Shown here: one piece after another, positions 25,948-32,000 of the stretch
Layout of the letters: every line of letters starts with the position of its first letter
Numbering within the stretch: the first letter of the stretch is position 1
DNA from: Candidatus Korarchaeum cryptofilum OPF8
GTDB lineage: Archaea; Korarchaeota; Korarchaeia; Korarchaeales; Korarchaeaceae
Direction: 5' to 3'
Length of the DNA stretch: 32,000 nucleotides
NCBI RefSeq assembly: GCF_000019605.1
Contig: NC_010482.1
Location: 1,558,758-1,590,757 of the forward strand
Program-made: the position numbers and the translations under genes
The notes under the pieces: model-generated
The model's database searches: none
What the model was told of the DNA's origin: nothing
What the model saw: only the letters and a program-made list of their open reading frames with translations

Positions 25948-26630
25948 TCTCACTGAGGATCGCTTATCTGGGATGGAATTATCATGGGGTCGTCGAACAA
26001 CCGAGCCTCCCTACAGTGGGCTCAGCCCTGAGGGAGGCGATGGAATCTCAGGGCATAAGAGCGAAACTCAGGTTCACATCTAGGACTGATAGAGGAGTAT
26101 CGGCATTGGATAACATAGCTTTCTACAGGGGTCCGGCCCCTAATGTATCTCTCCTGAACTCGGAACTTCCGAAGGATATAGCTGTGTGGGCTATCGCTAC
26201 CGGAGGCATACCTAAGCCCAAGGCTAGAGCTTATTGCTATGCGATCCCATTCAGACTCAGCGAGACAGAATGCGTGAGGAGGGCGTTAGATGAACTAGCG
26301 CAGGCTGGATTAGGGAAAAATATTGAGAGAATTGACGTGAAATCTGGAGAAAATTTTACATATATAGAGATTTATGGGAAGTCATTTAAGAAGAACGAGA
26401 TAAGGAGGATCGTTGGGAGAGCCTTAGAACTCCACCTCGGTAGGAGTATAGGGTTGGCCCCTCCCGAAGGGCTCGTCCTCACTGAGACATTGACAGATAT
26501 GAAGTGGGAAGAGTTCCACAGGAGGAAGCTCCATCTAATTGGAAAAATGATTGAAAGAGAGTTGTGGAGGCTCGAGTCCTCTAGAATAATTCTTGGGATC
26601 ATAAAATCTATCTCTTCGTCGCTATTATAG
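25932..26630 (+). CDS. truA: tRNA pseudouridine synthase A (TruA), short form
   Basis: LRIAYLGWNYHG and the catalytic SRTDRGVSAL are present. TruA-like sequence begins right at the VIT stop. The only start-type codon there is TTG 25932. The upstream part of the 25761 ORF lies out of frame over the VIT gene. Confidence 0.78.
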   Translation: MAWSVVSLRIAYLGWNYHGVVEQPSLPTVGSALREAMESQGIRAKLRFTSRTDRGVSALDNIAFYRGPAPNVSLLNSELPKDIAVWAIATGGIPKPKARAYCYAIPFRLSETECVRRALDELAQAGLGKNIERIDVKSGENFTYIEIYGKSFKKNEIRRIVGRALELHLGRSIGLAPPEGLVLTETLTDMKWEEFHRRKLHLIGKMIERELWRLESSRIILGIIKSISSSLL

Positions 26631-26886
26631 TTCTAGTCTCCGGAACGTACCATCTCACCTTATCCCTGAACCACTTCCAGAATCTGGTGAAGGAGTCCAT
26701 GCTCTCAGACTCTAGAACCATTATCCCGTTGTACTCAGTTCCCCACGCATGATCATATACCCCGATGAGTCTGACCTCGGGGGGCCATTCCTCAGTTATC
26801 TTCTCCCACTCGTTCCTAGCTCTCTCCTCTTCCTCAGGACTGAGTTCCTTCAGCTTGTATAACACGAAGTATATGTAGGTCGGCAT
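26608..26886 (-). CDS. small Trp-rich alpha/beta protein (GYD/DUF3303-like), function unknown
   Basis: 92 aa with 6 Trp. The pattern MPTYIYFV...LIGVYDHAWGTEYNGIMVLESESMDSF...ETRTII is reminiscent of dimeric alpha-beta-barrel small proteins. The call is weak. Confidence 0.45.
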   Translation of the reverse strand: MPTYIYFVLYKLKELSPEEEERARNEWEKITEEWPPEVRLIGVYDHAWGTEYNGIMVLESESMDSFTRFWKWFRDKVRWYVPETRTIIATKR

Positions 26887-26961
26887 GCGAGCACCCTAAA
26901 GTATCGCTACTGGAAAGTATATAATGTTGAGATCCTGAAAAGGGGAGAAGGTACCCTCTAA

Positions 26962-26975
26962 GATGAGAACTCATC
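26962..26975 (-). terminator. short hairpin (GATGAG-AA-CTCATC) followed by a T4 run on the minus strand, downstream of the radical SAM gene
   Basis: The inverted repeat begins 10 nt after the stop of 26985..28481. The minus strand then reads CCCCTTTTC. Confidence 0.3.
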
Positions 26976-26984
26976 GAATATACG

Positions 26985-28481
26985 CTACCTCATAGGGCAT
27001 TCAATCATGCATTTGGAGCAAAATTCATCGCAGGGCAGTAAGGGCCACCCACTCTTCGCTCTCTCATACTCTCTCCTGATGAAATCCTTAGATATGTTAT
27101 CGATGTAATCCCACCAAGGTGCCTCCCTCTCCCCGTGGACTATCCGATCTGGATCCACGCCGAGGTCCCTCGCTATCGACCCATAGGTCCACCTGTTGAA
27201 CGGTCTCTTGTACCCCCTCTTTAGGATCTCACTGACCTCGAAGCCCCCTAGGGAGAGGAGGGCTTGCACATAAGCCCTACCATAATGAGAAACGTTCATT
27301 TCCCCTCTGTATTCCCTACGGAATATGGAGAGTCTTCTTCTGAAATCAGGCTCTCTAATCAGGGGAGAAAGCTCAAAGGGCGTCCCGGCCTTCGGGACGA
27401 ACACGCTGAGGGTGACCTTCGCTCTCAATATGGAGTTTACCTTGCTAGCGAGCTTAGCGGATTCGACTACATCGGATTCTCGCTCAAAGGGAAGCCCTAT
27501 CATGAAATAGAGCTTTATATGCTTCATCCCCATATCCCTAGCTTCTTCAGCGGTTCTAATGATCTCATCATTATCTATCCTCTTGTTAATTATCCCCTTC
27601 AATCTATCGCTCCCCGTTTCGGGGGCTATAGTTATCATCCTTCCTCCAGTGCTCCTTATTAGATCGAGGAGCTCAACATCCACTTGATCAGCCCTTATGG
27701 ATGGAGTGCTCGCCTTAAGACCTATCTCAGCTATCTCCCAGAGAGTATCTTTTATCGCCTTTGAGGAAGCCGCATCAGATCCTATTATGAAAATTTCCCT
27801 GAAGCCCAGGTCAGAAGCATATTCTATAGCCTCCCTAACCTCGTTCATCGGGGCATCTAAACGCGGTCTCCAATGCCACCCCATGCCGCAGAACCTACAC
27901 CCCCACCCGCATCCCCTCGATATCTCCAAGAGGAATTTGTTGAGTGTGACTCCATCCTCTAGGACCCTTATCTGGTCGCGCAGAGGGCTCAGATGAAGTA
28001 TCCTATTGAACTTAGCCCTGTTCTTGAGCTCATATACGAAGAACTTCGGGATTAGGGCCGAGACTCCCTCATCCCTGAACTTGAGGATCTCCCCGATGAG
28101 AGCCTCGAAATCTCCTAGGCCTACTGCGGAGACTAGAGGGCTTATGGGGAGGGGGTTGAAGCTAACAGCAGGCCCTCCAACAAATACAGGTTTCTTCAGC
28201 CCTTCAATCATCCTCAATAATTCCGGATACTGCCCTTCAAAGTGAAGAGTTGCCAGGGCTATATCGAATTCATCTAAAGACCTACCGCTTTCCACGGAGC
28301 CATTGAGGTCGCTCACGAACCTCTCAGCCATCACGCCATCCATGGAATTGACTAGGAAGTAGAGGATCTGGTGCCCTAAGGAGCTCACGGCCACTCTGTA
28401 TGGACCCGGGTAGATGATCGCGACTTTGAGCTCGAAATCCCTAGGGTCCCTATCGTAAAATCCCCCCTCTTCGATGGGCAT
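26985..28481 (-). CDS. radical SAM protein with N-terminal B12-binding-like (flavodoxin-fold) domain, function unknown
   Basis: 498 aa with SRGCGWGCRFCGMGW (CxxxCxxC). The N-terminus reads KVAIIYPGPYRVAVSSLGHQILY and the C-terminus reads PWWDYIDNISKDFIRREYERA...CDEFCSKC. From memory it resembles the widespread uncharacterised TIGR03960-type family. Confidence 0.82.
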   Translation of the reverse strand: MPIEEGGFYDRDPRDFELKVAIIYPGPYRVAVSSLGHQILYFLVNSMDGVMAERFVSDLNGSVESGRSLDEFDIALATLHFEGQYPELLRMIEGLKKPVFVGGPAVSFNPLPISPLVSAVGLGDFEALIGEILKFRDEGVSALIPKFFVYELKNRAKFNRILHLSPLRDQIRVLEDGVTLNKFLLEISRGCGWGCRFCGMGWHWRPRLDAPMNEVREAIEYASDLGFREIFIIGSDAASSKAIKDTLWEIAEIGLKASTPSIRADQVDVELLDLIRSTGGRMITIAPETGSDRLKGIINKRIDNDEIIRTAEEARDMGMKHIKLYFMIGLPFERESDVVESAKLASKVNSILRAKVTLSVFVPKAGTPFELSPLIREPDFRRRLSIFRREYRGEMNVSHYGRAYVQALLSLGGFEVSEILKRGYKRPFNRWTYGSIARDLGVDPDRIVHGEREAPWWDYIDNISKDFIRREYERAKSGWPLLPCDEFCSKCMIECPMR

Positions 28482-28495
28482 GTTTTCCTCCCGAA

Positions 28496-28568
28496 TGGGC
28501 CGGGGGGGAATCGAACCCCCGACCTCCGCCTCGTAAGGGCGGCGTCATAGCCTCTAGACCACCGGCCC
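28496..28568 (-). tRNA. tRNA-Val (anticodon TAC)
   Basis: The reverse complement folds with acceptor GGGCCGG/CCGGCCC and anticodon stem CCGCC/GGCGG, loop CTTACGA. The T arm is GGGGG-TTCGATT-CCCCC and the discriminator is A. No CCA is encoded. Confidence 0.92.
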
Positions 28569-28656
28569 TGGCGCCGGGGGAGGGATTTGAACCCTCGCGG
28601 CCCAGTGGGCCACTGGCTTAGCAGGCCAGCCCCCTACCGAGCTAGGGCACCCCGGC
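28569..28656 (-). tRNA. tRNA-Ser (anticodon GCT), class II, with genomically encoded CCA
   Basis: The reverse complement has acceptor GCCGGGG/CCCCGGC and D arm CCCT-AGCTCGGTA-GGGG. The anticodon stem is CTGGC/GCCAG with loop CTGCTAA. The variable arm is long (GGCCC-ACT-GGGCC) and the T arm is GAGGG-TTCAAAT-CCCTC. The discriminator G is followed by CCA at 28571..28569. Confidence 0.9.
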
Positions 28657-28665
28657 AGTCCCTTA

Positions 28666-29454
28666 CTATTGAGTGGAGTGATTTAAAAAGTTGACTTCCG
28701 TTAGCTTGCGGAACTTATCTTGGGAGATCGTTGAGAACTTTGCGCCGGGAAGATAAGGACCAAGCCTCGGTATTAATCCCTTCGCTTGAGTCTTACGCTT
28801 GCATATGAGCATATGGGAGAGAAATGATTTTCTAACCATGGAAACATCCCTATAATGGCCCGTCCTATTTAGAGCCCTCTTCACCTGCTTCGGGGTGGCC
28901 CTGACTACGAGTAGTATCTCCCTTCCCATCTTGATCATATCCCTTATCATGCGGACCTGCCTGGGGGATAGTGAAACATAGATTCCCTTCTCATCTATCT
29001 TCGTTACATTTATCTCCATCGATACATCGTTCATGAATCCGTAGATATTCGCTATAGCCCTAGTTGAGAGCTTCATATTATCAACTAGCTGCTTCCTCAT
29101 CTCGTAGAGCGGGTAGAGACAATCCTTTTCCCCCAGAAAGGCCTTGAAATAGATACCGTAGCCCACTTCACCCAAGTCCGTTATGAAGCCCTTGAGGCTC
29201 TCACCCACTTTCGCTTCCTCAGCCCTCTTGAGTTTCCCATAAGTCCTGTAGATCAAGTTCTCAGCTGCCCCCTCATCGGCTCCGCTGACCCTGACCTTAA
29301 CCCAGCCACCCTCGGTATCGAGATCTAATGCTTCTACCTCGATACCCCTCATCAACTGCATCATCTCCCAGCCGAGTTCCTCGAGCATTGAATCGACATT
29401 CAGGTCTTCGGGGATCCTCTCTTGTATGAAGAACTCTCTCGTCAAGTCAATCAT
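28666..29454 (-). CDS. conserved archaeal protein of unknown function (DUF2110-like, tentative)
   Basis: 262 aa with an ATGA overlap with tfe. I recall a DUF2110-type gene as a frequent neighbour of tfe in archaea. I recognised no catalytic motif. Confidence 0.5.
   Translation of the reverse strand: MIDLTREFFIQERIPEDLNVDSMLEELGWEMMQLMRGIEVEALDLDTEGGWVKVRVSGADEGAAENLIYRTYGKLKRAEEAKVGESLKGFITDLGEVGYGIYFKAFLGEKDCLYPLYEMRKQLVDNMKLSTRAIANIYGFMNDVSMEINVTKIDEKGIYVSLSPRQVRMIRDMIKMGREILLVVRATPKQVKRALNRTGHYRDVSMVRKSFLSHMLICKRKTQAKGLIPRLGPYLPGAKFSTISQDKFRKLTEVNFLNHSTQ
28681..28689 (-). promoter_or_regulatory. TATA-like box (TTTTTAAAT on minus strand) for the tRNA-Ser/tRNA-Val transcript
   Basis: It lies 25-33 nt upstream of tRNA-Ser nucleotide 1 (28656), inside the last codons of the upstream CDS. 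Confidence 0.45.
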
Positions 29455-29981
29455 CCTTCCAGCGTCTCGATCGCCCTATCTATGAGCTCTATCATGGAGT
29501 CTATAAGCTTTACAACTTCCTCCTTATTCACGGGTTCCATCATCGCTCCGCATACGGGGCAAGTGGGTGAGCCCTCACCCATGCTCCTTATCATCTCATC
29601 GAAGCTCAACCTCGCATGAGATGGATCGGCAGCGCACACATAGTACTCCCCCGATAGGTCCTCCTCCTTCCTCTTCATCAGCTCGCTCTTCGTATACTTC
29701 AGCCTCCTCAGGAGGAATGATTTCGCTACATCCTTATTTATCCTCCAGTAGGATAGATAACCCCCATTCCCATCTTCCTTGGCCCCCAGTTGAATCACCA
29801 AGTTGAAGTCCTGCATTTGGTAGAGCATGACCCTCAGGTTCGTGACGGATAGCTTGAGAGTCTCCTGTAACTCCCCTTCCTCTATAACACCGTTATTGGC
29901 GAGTTCAACGATTCTCCTAACTAGCTCAAGATCCCTGCTGATCACAGCAAGGGCAAGTATTATCAGGTCCTCGTCCCTCAT
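29451..29981 (-). CDS. tfe: transcription factor E (TFE alpha, TFIIE-alpha homolog)
   Basis: 176 aa. The N-terminal winged helix (GELQETLKLSVTNLRVMLYQMQDFNLV...YLSYWRIN) is followed by a Zn-ribbon region (YYVCAADPSHARLSFDE...CPVCG). Confidence 0.85.
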   Translation of the reverse strand: MRDEDLIILALAVISRDLELVRRIVELANNGVIEEGELQETLKLSVTNLRVMLYQMQDFNLVIQLGAKEDGNGGYLSYWRINKDVAKSFLLRRLKYTKSELMKRKEEDLSGEYYVCAADPSHARLSFDEMIRSMGEGSPTCPVCGAMMEPVNKEEVVKLIDSMIELIDRAIETLEG

Positions 29982-30000
29982 ACCCCATCATCCAGTAAAG

Positions 30001-30008
30001 TTTATAGG
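30001..30008. promoter_or_regulatory. single TATA element (TTTATAGG / CCTATAAA) between divergent tfe and tRNA-Thr
   Basis: Its centre is about 26 nt from tRNA-Thr nucleotide 1 (30030) and about 23 nt from the tfe ATG (29981). The preceding GTAAAG on the plus strand is BRE-like. Confidence 0.45.
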
Positions 30009-30029
30009 TGAGCATTACCCTCTACCGAA

Positions 30030-30104
30030 GCCCCGGTAGCTCAGCTCGGTCAGAGCGGCCGCCTCGTAAGCGGCAGGTCGCGGGTTCGAATCCCGCCCGG
30101 GGCT
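30030..30104 (+). tRNA. tRNA-Thr (anticodon CGT)
   Basis: Acceptor GCCCCGG/CCGGGGC and D arm GCTC-AGCTCGGTCA-GAGC. The anticodon stem is GCCGC/GCGGC with loop CTCGTAA. The T arm is GCGGG-TTCGAAT-CCCGC and the discriminator is T. Confidence 0.92.
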
Positions 30105-30290
30105 TCACGATATATTATTGCGTAAACTCAAATAAGCTTTTCTACATAAGCATGAATGAATGTCCCGCATCTCAAATTCCATGAACATACCTTCAATGGG
30201 ATGAAGGGTAAATAGATTTCTTAATAAAATGAATTAAATAACAGGATTCATCAGATATCGAAGCTTTCGGAAACTCACTAACAGCCAGAA

Positions 30291-30364
30291 TGGGGCCGCC
30301 GGGATTTGAACCCGGGACCTCCGGCTCCCAAGGCCGGCATCCTACCTAGCTAGACCACGGCCCC
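30291..30364 (-). tRNA. tRNA-Pro (anticodon TGG)
   Basis: The reverse complement has acceptor GGGGCCG/CGGCCCC and anticodon stem CCGGC/GCCGG with loop CTTGGGA. The T arm is CCGGG-TTCAAAT-CCCGG and the discriminator is A. Confidence 0.92.
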
Positions 30365-30382
30365 TTGGTTTAGCCATGACCA

Positions 30383-30390
30383 ATAATAAA
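30383..30390 (-). promoter_or_regulatory. TATA-like box (TTTATTAT on minus strand) for tRNA-Pro
   Basis: It lies 19-26 nt upstream of tRNA-Pro nucleotide 1 (30364). Confidence 0.45.
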
Positions 30391-30521
30391 GATTACTCGA
30401 GCCTCAGTCTCGCCATCAGCACTCATTTAAACTCCTCAGTTTTGTGCGAAGGTTCTCAATTAAATATTATGATTTAAGGATTATAGTATTCAATCATTAA
30501 CCTAAAGTCCGGAGTTATCTG

Positions 30522-30526
30522 AAAAA
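30522..30526 (-). terminator. T5 run 6 nt after the HIT gene stop
   Basis: The minus strand reads TAG-TCAAATTTTTCAG. Confidence 0.45.
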
Positions 30527-30531
30527 TTTGA

Positions 30532-31047
30532 CTATGACTTCGATCTGGCTACCAGATTATCGAGGACCTTCTTGAGCTCATCATATGTGTTAGTCAGGGC
30601 CTCACTTATCACCTTCGTATTACCCAGTATCGGCATGAAATTAGCATCCCCGATCCACCTGGGCACTATGTGTATGTGTATATGACCCTCGAAACCGGCA
30701 CCAGCAGCCTTACCCACATTCATCCCTATGTTGAACCCATCGGGGCTCATGGCCTCTTTCAAAATCCTTACGGAGATCCTAACGAGGTTCATGACATCGA
30801 TGATTTCATCATCGCTCAGCTCATCGAGGTTGGCTACATGCCTGTAGGGTGCGACCATCAGATGGCCCGGATTGTAGGGATATTTGTTCATGATTATGAA
30901 GGAGCTGCTGGATCTGTAGAGTATCAGGTTCTCCCTATCCCTATTCTCCCTCGGTAGTTTGCAAAAAATACACTCCTTTCCCCCCTCGCTAGCCAAAAGT
31001 TTTATGTAAGGCATCCTCCAGATTGCCCAAAGCCTCCTTAAACTCAA
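30532..31047 (-). CDS. HIT-family nucleotide hydrolase/phosphorylase (Ap4A-phosphorylase-like branch)
   Basis: The histidine triad is HIHIHIVPRW. The N-terminal LWAIWRMPYI, YPYNPGHLMVAPYRHV and GDANFMP resemble the Rv2613c-type subfamily, recalled from memory. The TTG start overlaps the nac stop (TTGA). Confidence 0.88.
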   Translation of the reverse strand: MSLRRLWAIWRMPYIKLLASEGGKECIFCKLPRENRDRENLILYRSSSSFIIMNKYPYNPGHLMVAPYRHVANLDELSDDEIIDVMNLVRISVRILKEAMSPDGFNIGMNVGKAAGAGFEGHIHIHIVPRWIGDANFMPILGNTKVISEALTNTYDELKKVLDNLVARSKS

Positions 31048-31394
31048 ATCGAACCCTCCTTCAACCTAATTATAGCCTCAGCAAGATCTCCACGCGTCTC
31101 TATGAGGGCTCTCCTGGCCCTATCCGGGTCTACCCCCGCCTGAGCTGCTACGAGCATCACATCCTCCTCGGATGGCGAGTAACTTTCCCCCTCCCCACTC
31201 AACCTCTCAGATCTCCCGATTATTTGGTAAATTTCCTCACCACCGACTCTCATTAGGGAGACTTGAGGATCTCTCACGACTATAGATTCTCCGCTACTCA
31301 GCTTTATCACTACCTCAGTGGCATCTATGCCTTGAACTTGAATCCCCATGCTCTTCATCATCCTATCTAGATCCTTGGGTTTTATCCTCTTCAT
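31044..31394 (-). CDS. nac: nascent polypeptide-associated complex protein (NAC domain plus UBA)
   Basis: The NAC beta-barrel segment is GIDATEVVIKLSSGESIVVRDPQVSLMRVGGEEIYQIIG. The C-terminal UBA-like segment is EEDVMLVAAQAGVDPDRARRALIETRGDLAEAIIRL. ATG 31394 is preferred; TTG 31409 is possible. Confidence 0.9.
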   Translation of the reverse strand: MKRIKPKDLDRMMKSMGIQVQGIDATEVVIKLSSGESIVVRDPQVSLMRVGGEEIYQIIGRSERLSGEGESYSPSEEDVMLVAAQAGVDPDRARRALIETRGDLAEAIIRLKEGSI

Positions 31395-31447
31395 CGGGTG
31401 TACACCCAAAGGTTAATCTAAAGCTTTTGCATCATCATTGGGAGCTG

Positions 31448-31993
31448 GTGGATTTGTCAGGGGAGGTCTACGTCTGCGAGTTATGCGGGGGGACCTTCTA
31501 CGGGAAACCCGTCATAGTCGATCTTGATGGTTATAAGGCATCCCTATGCAATAATTGTGCGAGAAAAGTCAAGAAAGTTAAGAAGAAGGATGAAGAAGTC
31601 ACTTTAACTCAGAAAAAGTTGGAGGTGCCTCTGAAGAAACCCTCTCCTAGTAAACCCAAGGAAGTCAGGATCCCTAAGAGGGATAAGGGGGAGGTGGAGC
31701 TCGTTGAGGATTATGGGAGGAAGATCAGAGAGGCTAGGGAATCCCTCGGTCTATCAATAGAGCAAGTCGCTGCAGCATTAAACATAAAGGCATCTCTTCT
31801 CAGGAATATAGAGTCCGAGAGGGTCGTTCCTAGCTTCGAAGTCGCTAGGAATATAGAGAAGCTCCTAGAGGTCTCCATAATACAGAGAAATCCCGAAAGA
31901 GCACAGGTCACTGGCTCAACCCCTCAACAAGTTTATAGCTCAGTCACGCTCGGGGAAGCTGTAGAGGTGAAGAGGAAGAGGAGGAAGAGGTGA
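31448..31993 (+). CDS. mbf1: multiprotein bridging factor 1 (aMBF1: Zn ribbon plus Cro/C1-type HTH)
   Basis: CELCGG...CNNCA forms a Zn ribbon, and the HTH is IREARESLGLSIEQVAAALNIKASLLRNIESERVVP. There is no ATG. GTG 31448 is preferred because an AT-rich block lies 25-35 nt upstream; TTG 31427 is the alternative. Confidence 0.88.
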   Translation: MDLSGEVYVCELCGGTFYGKPVIVDLDGYKASLCNNCARKVKKVKKKDEEVTLTQKKLEVPLKKPSPSKPKEVRIPKRDKGEVELVEDYGRKIREARESLGLSIEQVAAALNIKASLLRNIESERVVPSFEVARNIEKLLEVSIIQRNPERAQVTGSTPQQVYSSVTLGEAVEVKRKRRKR

Positions 31994-32000
31994 TATGCCG

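Noticed and set aside
30248-30254. A perfect UGAUGA (CUGAUGA on the minus strand) in the tRNA-Thr/tRNA-Pro spacer, considered as a C box
   Set aside because: There is no D' or D box at the required 12-nt spacing, no C' box and no terminal stem.
30370-30426. An 18-codon minus-strand micro-ORF (MSADGETEARVIFIIGHG) with GAGGAG upstream, ending 6 nt before tRNA-Pro
   Set aside because: It is too short to support from sequence alone, overlaps the tRNA-Pro TATA box and has no recognisable peptide family.
1-32000. Search for CRISPR repeats, IS elements, integrases, att-type duplicated tRNA ends, inteins, tRNA introns and known defence or toxin-antitoxin genes
   Set aside because: I saw no regularly spaced direct repeats and no transposase- or integrase-like ORF. 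Protein lengths are normal for their families, so inteins are unlikely. All five tRNAs fold without introns.

Overview
This window is a densely coded archaeal chromosomal segment with about 40 CDS and 5 tRNAs. Coding strands are purine-rich (GAG/GAA/AGG), many genes overlap by 1-4 nt, and many starts are GTG or TTG. I cannot assign a lineage without a database search.

Most of the content is core information processing:
- RNAP subunits D and F
- ribosomal proteins L18e, L13, S9 and L21e
- aIF5A, SRP54, Pus10, TruA and the CCA-adding enzyme
- PheRS alpha and beta, TFE, NAC and MBF1
- tRNA-Leu(GAG), Val(TAC), Ser(GCT), Thr(CGT) and Pro(TGG)

Central and cofactor metabolism genes are interspersed: enolase, 6-phospho-3-hexuloisomerase, isopentenyl phosphate kinase, NMN adenylyltransferase and an M42 peptidase.

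I found no CRISPR array, transposase, integrase, toxin-antitoxin pair or recognisable defence gene. I see no clear-cut novel system, and the window is mostly ordinary.

The stretches I consider most worth a second look are:
1. A tightly coupled minus-strand cofactor module (13164-16547): metallophosphoesterase, an S-component-like membrane protein, a type II (CoaW-like) pantothenate kinase, a Nudix-fold protein with a degenerate Nudix box plus an unknown C-terminal domain, then NMNAT.
2. A bd-oxidase operon whose second subunit looks like a CydA paralog (CydAA' type). Together with an MFS gene and tRNA-Leu, it sits between rpoD and rpl18e, which are normally adjacent.
3. A tRNA-Ser with an encoded CCA that abuts tRNA-Val with zero spacer, followed 14 nt later by an uncharacterised radical SAM gene.
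4. Two orphan radical SAM proteins.
5. AT-rich non-coding spacers around tRNA-Pro.

All functional calls come from motif and family recognition by eye. None has been checked by search.
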